64,000 nt of DNA from assembly GCA_963714145.1 (NCBI GenBank), contig OY970235.1, positions 9,946,137 to 10,010,136 of the forward strand. The letters run 5' to 3'. The notes below the pieces were generated by a model. That model ran no database searches. It was given only the letters and a program-made list of their open reading frames with translations, and was not told where the DNA came from. Below, piece by piece: positions 1-9,349 of this stretch. This DNA comes from an uncultured Actinomycetota bacterium (GTDB lineage: Bacteria; Actinomycetota; Actinomycetes; Mycobacteriales; CADCTP01). Positions within the stretch are counted from its first letter, which is position 1. The number at the start of each line of letters is the position of its first letter. Position numbers and translations under genes: made by a program.

Positions 1-545
1 CCGGGGCAGATCGCGTTCACCCGGATCCCCTGGCCGGCATAGTCGGCGGCGATCGACTTGGTCAGCCCGACCAGCGCGAACTTGCTCGCGGTGTAGGCGG
101 CCCGGTCGCGGATCGCCACCACCCCGGCTACCGAGGCGATGTTCACGATGATGCCGCCGCCGCGTGCCAGCATCCCGGGCAGCACCGCCTTGCAGGAATG
201 GAACGCCGCCCGCACGTTCACCGCGAAGATCCGGTCCCAGTCCACAGTGGACGTCGTCAGCAGCGGCTCGGCCACCCCGACGCCGGCCACGTTGCAGAGC
301 ACGTCGATCGGGCCCAGCGCGGCCTCGACGGCCGGTACGACGCGGTCGAACGCGTCGGCCGGTACGACGTCCGCGACGATCGCGGTGGCCGGCGTGCCGG
401 CGGCGGTCAGCTCCTCGACCGTGGCGGCCAGGCCGGCCGGGTCGATGTCGACGCCGGCGATCGCGTGCCCGTCGGCGGCCAGCCGGCGGGCGATGCTGCG
501 GCCGATGCCGGATGCGGCGCCGGTGACGACGACGACCTTGCCCAT
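1..545 (-). CDS. SDR family NAD(P)-dependent oxidoreductase (3' end runs off the window)
   Basis: Not in the ORF track; read manually from ATG at 545: MGKVVVVTGAASGIG...NVAG...NIASVAG...YTASK, i.e. TGxxxGIG, NxAG and YxxxK SDR motifs. Confidence 0.9.
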   Translation of the reverse strand, partial: MGKVVVVTGAASGIGRSIARRLAADGHAIAGVDIDPAGLAATVEELTAAGTPATAIVADVVPADAFDRVVPAVEAALGPIDVLCNVAGVGVAEPLLTTSTVDWDRIFAVNVRAAFHSCKAVLPGMLARGGGIIVNIASVAGVVAIRDRAAYTASKFALVGLTKSIAADYAGQGIRVNAICP

Positions 546-562
546 GGCAGCCTCCTCGGCGG

Positions 563-1015
563 TCAGCGCGGGCGCTTCTCGACCAGGTACAGGTGCACCA
601 GCGCGATCACCGTATCGCCGTCCTGGTTGGTCGCGGTCACCTGTTCCTCCAGGTACCCGAACTCGGCCGGCCTGCTGCGGTGGTCGCGCTTGCCGGTTGT
701 CTCGGCCCGGACGGTGATCGTGTCGCCGATGTGGACCGGCCGGATGAAGCGCACCCTGTCGTAGCCGTAGCTGATCGAGCGCGGGTTGATGTCGCCGGCG
801 GTCATCCCGACCGCGACCGACATGACCAGCGTGCCGTGGGCGATCCGGCGGCCGAACGGCTGGCTGGCGCACCAGTGCGCGTCCATGTGGTGCGGGAACA
901 GGTCGCCGGTCTGGCCGGCGTGCAGCACCACGTCCGCCTCGGTGATCGTCCGGCCGGTGCTGGTGCGGACCAGGCCGATCTCGATGTCCTCGAAGAACCG
1001 TTCGTCCACCTTCAC
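563..1015 (-). CDS. MaoC-family (hotdog-fold) acyl-CoA dehydratase
   Basis: [20 protein letters not shown]...IAHG motif; GTG start with AAAGAGG RBS. Confidence 0.88.
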   Translation of the reverse strand: MKVDERFFEDIEIGLVRTSTGRTITEADVVLHAGQTGDLFPHHMDAHWCASQPFGRRIAHGTLVMSVAVGMTAGDINPRSISYGYDRVRFIRPVHIGDTITVRAETTGKRDHRSRPAEFGYLEEQVTATNQDGDTVIALVHLYLVEKRPR

Positions 1016-1028
1016 CGATGTGCCTCTT

Positions 1029-2171
1029 TCACCGGGGTGCCTCCGCTCGGCCGGTCAGCGAGCCGGCGTACACGGCTTCCGCGCCGCGCAGGCAGGCCTC
1101 GATCGTCAGTTCGCCGGCCAGCACGGCGTTCACCAGCGTGCCGACGCGGTCCTGCACGTCCAGCCAGCCGGGGTAGCGGGGCCGCAGCCAGGCGCCGTCC
1201 AGCGTCCGGCGGGTGTTGCGGAAGAAGTCGAGGCTGTCCAGGTTGAGCGCGTCGTCCCGCCAGGCGGCGGCGTGCCCGGGTTGCCCACCGCAGGCGTAGT
1301 ACGGCCCGCGCTGCACTGTCTCGCTGGCCAGCCAGAACGCGTGTTCGACGGCCGCCCCGGCCTGAGTGGTGCGGGCCGGGACGGCGATGCCGGCACCACC
1401 GAGGCAGGAACCGGCCACCCCGGCCGCACCGGCCGGAATGTCCACATAGGCCAGACGATGTGGACGGAACCCGGCCCGGCTGTAGTTCGTGTAGCCGAAC
1501 GCCAGCGGGGCGTACCACCAGTCGTCGCGGGTGGACAGCCGCTCGGCGGTCTGGATCGGGTTCTCGGTCAGGCACCCGGCCGGGACGAGGGTGGCCAGCC
1601 GGCACATCAGGTCCAGCGCGGCGGCGCCGGCGTCCGGGTCGGCGAAGCCGCCACCGGCGGTGACCGGGGCGCCGGAGTTCGCGCACAGGGTGAGGAAGCT
1701 GGAGATCGCGTCCACCGGTTTCGCCGGCCAGAGCACCCGACCGGCCCGGGCCAGCTCGAGCACCTCGCCCCAGCCGGACGGTGGCTCGGCCAGCAGGTCG
1801 GGCCGGTACACGGCCACCTGCGCGGCGGTGTCGATGGCCAGCCCGTACTGGTGGCCGCCGTGCTGGTAGCTGCGGTGCGACAGCCCGACCGAGTTGGCCG
1901 CGAGGTCGGCCAGCTCGGCGTCGTGGCCGGTGCCGTCCAGCGGCAGCAGCAGGCCCTCGGCGTGCGCCACCGGGATGTGCGGGTGATCCAGCACCACCAG
2001 GTCGTACCCGGCGACCAGCGACTCCAGCGGCTGGTCGGCGAACCCCTGCAGGCTGCGCACGTCCCACTCCACCCGGCTGTCCGGGTGTTCCCGCCGCCAG
2101 GCCGCCGCGGCGCCCCGGACGCTGGCCAGGCCGCGCGGGTGATCCCAGGTGATGCCGCGCAGGACGGTCAT
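1029..2171 (-). CDS. Solute-binding protein family 1-like protein lacking a signal peptide
   Basis: C-terminal part of ORF 1029..3410; ATG at 2171 overlaps the upstream stop. [14 protein letters not shown]...LVVLDHPH...YAPLAFGY...GGAGIAV resembles SBP_bac_1. No hydrophobic leader or lipobox. Confidence 0.75.
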   Translation of the reverse strand: MTVLRGITWDHPRGLASVRGAAAAWRREHPDSRVEWDVRSLQGFADQPLESLVAGYDLVVLDHPHIPVAHAEGLLLPLDGTGHDAELADLAANSVGLSHRSYQHGGHQYGLAIDTAAQVAVYRPDLLAEPPSGWGEVLELARAGRVLWPAKPVDAISSFLTLCANSGAPVTAGGGFADPDAGAAALDLMCRLATLVPAGCLTENPIQTAERLSTRDDWWYAPLAFGYTNYSRAGFRPHRLAYVDIPAGAAGVAGSCLGGAGIAVPARTTQAGAAVEHAFWLASETVQRGPYYACGGQPGHAAAWRDDALNLDSLDFFRNTRRTLDGAWLRPRYPGWLDVQDRVGTLVNAVLAGELTIEACLRGAEAVYAGSLTGRAEAPR

Positions 2172-3394
2172 GCCGACCGGGCCGGCGGGGCGGCCACCCC
2201 GAACTCGGCCTCGATCGCCGTGGTGTGTTCGCCGAGGCGGGGCGAGCCGGCCGGCCGGGTGAGCACCTGACCGTCGATGCGCAGCGGGCTGCGGGTGGTG
2301 GTCAACCGCACCGGGTCGCCGCCGGCCAGCGGTGCCCGCTGGGTCTGCTGCGCCATCCGCAGCGCGGTGAAGCCCTCGTGCCGGACCAGTTCCGGCAGGG
2401 TCAGCACCGGCGCGCACCAGACCCCGGCCGGGTCGAGCCGGTCGAGCCAGTGCTGGGTCGGCTCGGTGGCCAGGTGGGTGGCGAGCAGGCCCTCGATCTC
2501 GACCCGGTGTGACCACCAGGTCTGCGGGTCGGTGAACCGGGCCAGCGCGGCCAGCCCGATCAGCTCGCCGATCCGTGGCACCGGGTTCATCGCCAGCGCC
2601 AGGTAGCCGTCGCTGGTCGGGTAGGTGCCGTACGGCGCGGACAGGAACGCGTTCGCGCCGTGCGGGCCGCCGCGCCGCACCGTCACCCGCGGATCGGTCA
2701 GGTGCGCGCTGAGCAGTTCGAACTGCAGGTCGAGCATGCCTTCCAGCAGGCTGGTCTCGACCAGACCGCCCAGGCCGGTGCGTTCCCGGCGGAGCAGCAG
2801 CGCGGTCACCCCGTGTGCCAGGTGGACGGAGGCGAGCAGGTCGGCCACGCTCAGCCCGACCGGCACCGGGCCCTGGTCGTGCTGGCCGTTCAGCCAGGGC
2901 AGCCCGGACATCGACTGGGCCAGCAGATCCTGGCCGGGCCGGTCGCGCCAGGGGCCGGTGTCGCCGAAGCCGGTGACGCTGCCGTAGACCAGTCGCGGGT
3001 TCAGGCCGCGCAGGCTGGGGTAGTCGAGCCCGATCCGTTCCATCACGCCGGGCCGGAAGTTCTGGATCAGCACATCCGCGCGGGCCACCAGGGCGCGCAC
3101 CAGCGCCAGCCCGCGGGCGTCCTTGAGGTCGGCGGCCAGGCTCTCCTTGTTCCGGTTCATGATGTGGAACGAGAGCGTGTCGCCGTCCGCGACGATGCCA
3201 CCGAAGGCCAGCGTCCGGCCGAGGTCGCCGACATCCGGCCGCTCGATCTTGATCACCCGGGCGCCGAGGTCGCCGAGCCGCATCGCGGCCACCGGGCCGG
3301 CCAGGAACTGGCTGAAGTCCAGCACGAGCATGCCGTCCAGCGGGCCAGGGGTCGGGGTCGCGGTTGGGGGTTCCGCCCCGACAGCACCAGTCAT
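2168..3394 (-). CDS. CaiB/BaiF family III CoA-transferase
   Basis: LDGMLVLDFSQFLAGP...LGDLGARVIKIE...NRNKES...NFRPG...GQDLLAQ. Start placed at ATG 3394 within ORF 2168..3505. Confidence 0.92.
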   Translation of the reverse strand: MTGAVGAEPPTATPTPGPLDGMLVLDFSQFLAGPVAAMRLGDLGARVIKIERPDVGDLGRTLAFGGIVADGDTLSFHIMNRNKESLAADLKDARGLALVRALVARADVLIQNFRPGVMERIGLDYPSLRGLNPRLVYGSVTGFGDTGPWRDRPGQDLLAQSMSGLPWLNGQHDQGPVPVGLSVADLLASVHLAHGVTALLLRRERTGLGGLVETSLLEGMLDLQFELLSAHLTDPRVTVRRGGPHGANAFLSAPYGTYPTSDGYLALAMNPVPRIGELIGLAALARFTDPQTWWSHRVEIEGLLATHLATEPTQHWLDRLDPAGVWCAPVLTLPELVRHEGFTALRMAQQTQRAPLAGGDPVRLTTTRSPLRIDGQVLTRPAGSPRLGEHTTAIEAEFGVAAPPARSA

Positions 3395-3463
3395 CCGAAG
3401 CCAGCTCCACTCCGCACCGCGCGGCGCGCGTCGTCCGGGCCGCGCGGCGCGCGCCCGAGCACG

Positions 3464-3646
3464 AAATCGTTTGTTCATTAGAGCCGTGTCGCTATGTGGT
3501 GTCAAGCAACCCGAGGGGGTGCCAGCGCTCCACCCGGACGGCCTAGCGCCGACTCCTTGAGGTAACGATTTTCTGTCGCTGCTCTTGCCCCTTCACACTG
3601 CCGACATCTGGGTCTACAGTCCGGCCGTATGGATGAACAAGCGTTT
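3464..3646. promoter_or_regulatory. Divergent sigma70-type promoters with a repeated operator-like motif ATGAACAA(A/G)CG(A/T)TT
   Basis: Minus strand TTGACA (3505-3500) N17 TCTAAT (3482-3477); plus strand TTCACA (3592-3597) N17 TACAGT (3615-3620). Motif copies at 3464-3478 (minus) and 3633-3646 (plus), each just downstream of a -10. Confidence 0.6.
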
Positions 3647-4498
3647 GTCCTAGCCGCAGGTCAACCACCCGGTGTCGGCGTGCCCGCCGCGGAGCTGGCC
3701 CCCCTCACCTCGGCCATCCTGGCCGACTCGCTGGACGAGGTCGGTCGGCGCCACCAGGTGTTACGGCCCGGGTTAGGCCCGGTCTGGCCCGGTGCCCACG
3801 CACTCGGCCGGGCCCGCACGGTCCGCTTCGCGCCCGTCGACACCGGGTCCGTCGGGACCGGGTCCGTCGACACCGGGTCCGTCGACACTGGGTCCGTCGG
3901 GACCGTGTCGGTCGGGACCCCGCCGGTCGAGGTTGCCCCGGGCGAGGCTGTCCCGGTCGATACCGTGCCCGTCGATACCGTGCCCGTCGATACCGTCGCG
4001 AACGCCGTCGATATCGACCCGCCCGGCGCCGATCCGTACGGCCCGATGATGAGCTTCGTGGACGGGCTGGAACCGGGCGACCTGGCCGTGGTCGCGACCG
4101 GCCCGGACGACCGCACCGGCTACTGGGGTGAGCTGTTCTCCGCCGCCGCGATCGGCCGCGGCGCGGTCGGCACGATCTGCGACGGCCCGGTGCGCGACGT
4201 GGACAAGGTCGCCGCGCTGGGCTACCCGTTGTTCGCCGCCGGCACCCGTCCGGTCGACTTCGCCGGCCGGATGCGGGTGGTCGAGACCGGCGCCCCGGTC
4301 GAGCTGGCCGGCGTCGTGATCACCCCGGGCGACCTGGTGCTGGCCGACCGGGACGGCGTGGTGGTGGTGCCCCGGGACGTGATCGACCCGGTGCTGGAGC
4401 GGGCGCTGCGCCGGGCCGGCGCCGAACGCGACGTGCTGCGCGCGCTGCTGGACGGTGCTTCGCTGCGCCAGGTCTGGCAGCGCTGGGGGGTGCTGTGA
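3629..4498 (+). CDS. RraA-family / HMG-aldolase-like protein with a repeat insertion
   Basis: TSAILADSLD...GRARTVRF...GYWGELFSAAA...RGAVGTICDGPVRD...PGDLVLADRDGVVVVP. Confidence 0.85.
   Translation: MDEQAFVLAAGQPPGVGVPAAELAPLTSAILADSLDEVGRRHQVLRPGLGPVWPGAHALGRARTVRFAPVDTGSVGTGSVDTGSVDTGSVGTVSVGTPPVEVAPGEAVPVDTVPVDTVPVDTVANAVDIDPPGADPYGPMMSFVDGLEPGDLAVVATGPDDRTGYWGELFSAAAIGRGAVGTICDGPVRDVDKVAALGYPLFAAGTRPVDFAGRMRVVETGAPVELAGVVITPGDLVLADRDGVVVVPRDVIDPVLERALRRAGAERDVLRALLDGASLRQVWQRWGVL
3834..4000 (+). repeat. In-frame 15-bp tandem repeat (about 11 degenerate units; VDTGS/VGTGS/VDTVP)
   Basis: cgtcgacaccgggtc-type units read directly in the sequence. Confidence 0.85.
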
Positions 4499-4794
4499 CA
4501 CCGGTCCACCCGCAGTTGCTCCGCCTCCGGGAGGCTGACGACGTGCTGATCGCGGCCCGCCCGATCGCGGCCGGCGAGCAGCTGCAACTGGGTGCCGGCA
4601 CCGAGGTCGCCGCTGCCGCCGACATCCCGACCGGGTTCAAGGTGGCCGCGCGCGACCTGGCCGCCGGCGACATCGTGCACCGGCTGGGCATGCCGATCGG
4701 CCGGGCCACCGTACCGATCGGGCGAGGTGAGGTGGTGCACGTGCACAACCTGGAGAGCCAGTACCTGCGGACGCACCGGCGGGGGGAGGCGTGA
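4495..4794 (+). CDS. SAF-domain small subunit of a UxaA-family dehydratase
   Basis: DDVLIAARPI...IPTGFKVAARDL..GDIVHRLGMPIG.AT..I..GEVVHVHNLES; stop/start overlaps on both sides. Confidence 0.85.
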   Translation: MTPVHPQLLRLREADDVLIAARPIAAGEQLQLGAGTEVAAAADIPTGFKVAARDLAAGDIVHRLGMPIGRATVPIGRGEVVHVHNLESQYLRTHRRGEA

Positions 4795-6017
4795 TGCGGG
4801 GCTACCCGCGCAGCGACGGCCGCAAGGGCATCCGCAACGTGATCGTGGTGGCCTACCTGGTCGAGTGCGCGCACCACGTGGCCGGCCGGATCGCGGCGGC
4901 GTTCGACGACGACGTGCAGGTGATCGGCTTCGGCGGCTGCTACCCGAACGACTACGCCGCGATGATGCTGCGCCGGCTGACCACGCACCCGAACGTCGGC
5001 GGTGCGCTGCTGGTCTCGCTCGGCTGCGAAGGCTTCGACCGGGCCGGGCTGGAGGCGGCGGTGCGAGCCACCGGCCGGCCGGTCGCGACCCTGGTGATCC
5101 AGCAGGAGCACGGCACCCGCAGCACGATCGAGCGCGGCCGGGCCTGGGTGGCCCAGGCCCGGGCCCAGCTGGACGCGCTCGAGCAGGTGCCGGTCGAGCT
5201 GTCCGACCTGGTGGTCGGCACGATCTGCGGCGGTTCGGACAGCACCAGCGGGATCACCGCGAACCCGGCGGTGGGGGTCGCGTTCGACCGGCTGGTCGCG
5301 GCCGGTGGCACCGCGATCTTCGAGGAGACCGGCGAGCTGATCGGCTGCGAGTACATGATGCGCGACCGCGCGATCACCCCGGAACTGGGCGCCGAACTGG
5401 TCGGCGCGGTGCAGAAGGCGGAGGCGTACTACACCACGCTCGGGCACGGCAGCTTCGCCCCGGGCAACGCCGAGGGCGGGCTGACCACCATCGAGGAGAA
5501 GTCGCTCGGCGCGTACAGCAAAAGCGGGAGCGCGCCGATCAGCGGGCTGCTCAAGCCGGGCGACCGGGCCCCCGCCCCGGGCCTGTACCTGCTCGACGTG
5601 GTGCCGGACGGGGAGGTCCGCTGGGGCTTCCCGAACATCAACGACAACGCCGAGGCGGCCGAGCTGATGGTCTGCGGTGCGCAGCTGATCCTGTTCACCA
5701 CCGGGCGCGGCTCGGTGGTCGGCTCGGCGATCTCGCCGCTGGTGAAGGTGTGTGCGAACCCGCAGACCTACCGGGCGATGGCCGAGGACATGGACGTCGA
5801 CGCCGGCGCGGTGCTGGAGGGGCGGTCCACTTTGGACCAGGTCGGTGCCGAGATCCTCGACCTGATCCGCCGGGTGGCGGCCGGCGAGCAGACCGCCAGC
5901 GAGGCGATGGGGCACCAGGAGTTCGTCCTGACCTACAAGGCTTTCGAGCCGGTCGGCCCGAGCTGTCTACCGCTGACCGTCCTTACCGGACCAGATACTT
6001 CCAGGAGCGCGACATGA
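4791..6017 (+). CDS. UxaA-family (altronate/galactarate-type) dehydratase, large subunit
   Basis: GYPRSDGRKGIRN, HPNVGGALLVSLGCE, CGGSDSTSGITANP, GNAEGGLTTIEEKSLG, FTTGRG. Confidence 0.92.
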   Translation: MMRGYPRSDGRKGIRNVIVVAYLVECAHHVAGRIAAAFDDDVQVIGFGGCYPNDYAAMMLRRLTTHPNVGGALLVSLGCEGFDRAGLEAAVRATGRPVATLVIQQEHGTRSTIERGRAWVAQARAQLDALEQVPVELSDLVVGTICGGSDSTSGITANPAVGVAFDRLVAAGGTAIFEETGELIGCEYMMRDRAITPELGAELVGAVQKAEAYYTTLGHGSFAPGNAEGGLTTIEEKSLGAYSKSGSAPISGLLKPGDRAPAPGLYLLDVVPDGEVRWGFPNINDNAEAAELMVCGAQLILFTTGRGSVVGSAISPLVKVCANPQTYRAMAEDMDVDAGAVLEGRSTLDQVGAEILDLIRRVAAGEQTASEAMGHQEFVLTYKAFEPVGPSCLPLTVLTGPDTSRSAT

Positions 6018-7378
6018 AAGCATCGATCCGGCAGCGGACGGCCCGACGCTGGCTGACCGCGTCCGGTGCCGCTGTGCTGGCCGTCGCGCTCGCCGCGTGC
6101 GGCTCGTCCACCGGTGCCGGCGGCAGCACCGGCAGCGGCGAGCAGCGGGATAATGCGAGCGACTCCGGCGGCCCGATCACGGTCTGGGTGGACGCGCCCC
6201 GGGTGCCGGCGGTGGAGGCGTTCAAGAAGGCCCACCCGGAGATCCAGCTCACCATGAACACGATCGACGGCAACGTCGGCAGCACCGCGCTGCAGCAGAA
6301 GTTCTCCCTGTTCAACCAGGCCGGCAAGGGCTGGCCGGACGCCATCTTCTTCCCGTCCAACGACGACATCGCCTGGGCGACCAGCTCGAAGATCGACTTC
6401 GCCCGCGACCTGAGCACCGACATGAAGGACACGATCTCGGGCTACTCGAGCGCCTCGATAGCGCCCTGCGTGATCGACAACAAGATCCGGTGCGTGCGCA
6501 ACGACGCCGCCCCGGACGTGTTCTGGTACAACGCCGAGCTGTTCAAGAAGTGGAAGTACACCCCGCCGACCAGTTGGGACGAATACGGCACGCTGGCGGT
6601 GAAGATCGCCCAGGAGCACCCGGGCTACCTCAGCGGCATGCTCGGCGACGCCTACGCCCCGGACCGCTACCTCTGGGCCAGCGGCTGCCCGACCAACGAC
6701 CGGCTGTCCGAAACCAAGGTGCACATCGACCTGACCGATCCGCTCTGCGGCCGGGCGGTGTCGCTTGTGGACAAACTGGTCGCGGCCAAGGCGCTGTCCC
6801 CGGTCGGCATCTTCGACCCGGCCGCGGCCAAGGTCGGGCAGAAGCTGGCGATGAGCCCGGGCGCGGTCTGGTGGGGCAACTACCTGTTCCGCGACACCTG
6901 GAAGATCCCGGCCAGGCAGATGACCGCGACCGCGCCGCTGAAGTGGTCCGACGACGCGCAGGGGTACACCGGTGACGAGGGCGGCGGCCTGTGGGGCGTC
7001 TCCAGCCACATCAAGGGCAAGCAACTGGAGAACACGCTGGTGTTCGCCAAGTTCGTGGCCAGCGACCCGGCCTGGCAGGTGGAGCTGACCACCGGCCTGC
7101 CGGCGTACGGGCCGATCCAGGACGAGTGGCTGCAGAAGCAGTCCAGCGTCGGCTACCTGGCCGACTTCGAGACCTCGGCCAAGGCGTTCAAGGCCGCCGT
7201 CGACATCGTCCGGCCGAAGCACGCCTACATGCTCTACAACACCGGCGGCATCTGGACCCAGACCGTCACCCCGCTGCTGACCCAGGGCAAGGATCTCAGC
7301 GCCGGCTGGGACGCCTTCGGCAAGCGGCTGAACAACGAGGCGAAGACGTTCGGGTACCAGGTCGTCACGACCTCGTAG
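6014..7378 (+). CDS. Carbohydrate ABC transporter substrate-binding lipoprotein
   Basis: ATG 6014 with AGGAG RBS; lipobox LAAC; C-terminal part of ORF 4592..7378. Confidence 0.85.
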   Translation: MKASIRQRTARRWLTASGAAVLAVALAACGSSTGAGGSTGSGEQRDNASDSGGPITVWVDAPRVPAVEAFKKAHPEIQLTMNTIDGNVGSTALQQKFSLFNQAGKGWPDAIFFPSNDDIAWATSSKIDFARDLSTDMKDTISGYSSASIAPCVIDNKIRCVRNDAAPDVFWYNAELFKKWKYTPPTSWDEYGTLAVKIAQEHPGYLSGMLGDAYAPDRYLWASGCPTNDRLSETKVHIDLTDPLCGRAVSLVDKLVAAKALSPVGIFDPAAAKVGQKLAMSPGAVWWGNYLFRDTWKIPARQMTATAPLKWSDDAQGYTGDEGGGLWGVSSHIKGKQLENTLVFAKFVASDPAWQVELTTGLPAYGPIQDEWLQKQSSVGYLADFETSAKAFKAAVDIVRPKHAYMLYNTGGIWTQTVTPLLTQGKDLSAGWDAFGKRLNNEAKTFGYQVVTTS

Positions 7379-7433
7379 CGGTAGCGGCAGGCCGGGGCAG
7401 GGGCGGGCAGCGGCAGCGGCAGGGGTAGCGAGC

Positions 7434-8408
7434 ATGAGGCTGGACGGGACGACAGACCGGGACGTCGAACAGCCGCGCCCGGCCCCAGCCGCGGCGGCCG
7501 GGCGGGCCGCGCCGGCCCGGCCGCGCCGCCGCGGCTACGCGTCGCGGCACGAGTCCCGCGGCGCCGCGATCCTGGTCGCGCCGTACGTCGTGCTGCTGCT
7601 GGTCGGCGGGCTGATCCCGGCCGGCTACGCGATCGTGAAGAGCCTGCAGGACGAGACCGGCACCAGGTTCGGCGGGCTGACCAGCTTCCAGCGGGTCACC
7701 AACGACTTCCGGTTCGTGGATACGTTCACGAACATCCTCACCGTGATGGCGGTCTGGCTGCCGATCATGATGATCGGCGTGGTCGGCCTGGCGCTGCTGG
7801 TGCACGCGACGCCGAACCGGTTCGGCGCCACCGTGCGGTTCATCTACTACCTGCCCGGGGCGCTGGCCGGCATCGCCAACTTCATGCTCTGGCTCTACCT
7901 GCTCAACCCCGGCCAGAGCCCGCTGGACTTCCTCTGGCGCGGCTTCGGCTACGAGACGCTCAACGAGGTGGCCAGCCCCGGCAACCTGCCGGTGGTGCTG
8001 GCCGCGATGCTGTTCTTCCAGGGCGCCGGCACCTGGCTGGTGGTCGTCAACGGCGGCCTGAACGGCATCTCCGACGACGTGCTGGAAGCGGCCACTTTGG
8101 ACGGTGCGAACGCCTGGCAGGTGGCCTGGCGGGTGAAGCTGCCGATCATCCGGCCCTGGCTGGGCTACATGGCGCTGCTGAACATCGCGTACGGCTTCCA
8201 GCTGTTCCTGGAGCCGCAGGTGCTCAGCCAGGCCACGCACGGGCTGATCTCGCCGCAGTACACGCCGAACCAGCTCAGCTACACCTACGCCTACCAGATC
8301 CTCGACCTGCCGGCGGCCGCCGCGATGTCCGTCCTGCTGCTGCTCATCACGCTGGTCCTCGGGCTGCTCGTGGTGTTCCGCAGCGGGCTGTTCGCCGAGG
8401 AGAGGTGA
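7434..8408 (+). CDS. Carbohydrate ABC transporter permease
   Basis: Multiple TM segments; EAATLDGA (EAA loop). Confidence 0.9.
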   Translation: MRLDGTTDRDVEQPRPAPAAAAGRAAPARPRRRGYASRHESRGAAILVAPYVVLLLVGGLIPAGYAIVKSLQDETGTRFGGLTSFQRVTNDFRFVDTFTNILTVMAVWLPIMMIGVVGLALLVHATPNRFGATVRFIYYLPGALAGIANFMLWLYLLNPGQSPLDFLWRGFGYETLNEVASPGNLPVVLAAMLFFQGAGTWLVVVNGGLNGISDDVLEAATLDGANAWQVAWRVKLPIIRPWLGYMALLNIAYGFQLFLEPQVLSQATHGLISPQYTPNQLSYTYAYQILDLPAAAAMSVLLLLITLVLGLLVVFRSGLFAEER

Positions 8409-9349
8409 CCGGCGTGACCAGCACCGACGTCCCGGTGGGTTCCCGGGCCGCGACCAACGCCCGGGCCGGCTGGTCGCCCGGCCGGCTGGCCCGGCTGGTC
8501 ACGCTGGCCGCGGTCGCGTTCCTGTTCGCGTACCCGATCCTCGGCTTCCTGCTCACCGGCTTCCGGGCGCAGACCGACACCGGGGTCGCCGGCCGCGGCC
8601 CGCTCGGTGTCACCGGCGTCTCGCTGGGCAATGCCCGGGACAGCTGGCGTACCGTGCTCGACTTCAACAACGGCGTGTTCCTGCACTGGATCGTCAACTC
8701 GCTGGTGGTCTCGATCGGCGGCGCGGTGCTCGCGGTGGTCGCCGGTATCCCGGCCGGGTACGCGATGGCCCGGCTGCGGTTCCGCGGCCGCCGGCTGCTG
8801 CGGTTCCTCACCCTGGTGCTGATGGTGATGCCGAACACCGTGCTGGTGATCCCGTTGTTCCTGGAGGTCAGCGCGGTCGGCGCGATCGACCAGCTGTGGC
8901 CGGTGATCGTCATCATGGGCTTCTTCCCGTTCGGTGTGTACCTGGCCTACATCCACTTCGCCACCGCGCTGCCGTACGAGCTGGTCGAGGCCGGCCGCGT
9001 GGACGGGCTGAGCGAGCTGGGCATCTTCTTCCGGGTCGCGGTGCCACTGTCCAATCAGGCCGTCGCGCTGACCGCGTTCTTCGCGTTCGTGGCCGCCTGG
9101 ACGAACTACTTCCTGCCGCTGGTGCTGCTGCCGCTGACCGACCACGCGACGGTCTCGGTCGGGTTGCAGCAGCTGATCGGCAGCAGCCCGCTGTTCGACC
9201 CGACCACCGCCGCCGGGCTGGACGTGAAGCTCTACATGCCGCAGCTCTCGCTGGCCACGTTCGTTACGATGCTGCCGGTGATCGTGGTGTTCATCGGCGC
9301 GCAGAAGTACCTGATGCGCGGCCAGACCGTCGGCGCGGTCAAGGGATGA
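8405..9349 (+). CDS. Carbohydrate ABC transporter permease
   Basis: EAGRVDG loop, NSLVVS...AGYAMAR, WTNYFLP. Confidence 0.9.
   Translation: MTGVTSTDVPVGSRAATNARAGWSPGRLARLVTLAAVAFLFAYPILGFLLTGFRAQTDTGVAGRGPLGVTGVSLGNARDSWRTVLDFNNGVFLHWIVNSLVVSIGGAVLAVVAGIPAGYAMARLRFRGRRLLRFLTLVLMVMPNTVLVIPLFLEVSAVGAIDQLWPVIVIMGFFPFGVYLAYIHFATALPYELVEAGRVDGLSELGIFFRVAVPLSNQAVALTAFFAFVAAWTNYFLPLVLLPLTDHATVSVGLQQLIGSSPLFDPTTAAGLDVKLYMPQLSLATFVTMLPVIVVFIGAQKYLMRGQTVGAVKG

Noticed and set aside
6766-6774. Perfect actinomycete DnaA box (TGTGGACAA) as a sign of an origin
   Set aside because: A single copy inside a CDS; no box cluster, AT-rich unwinding element or dnaA/dnaN.
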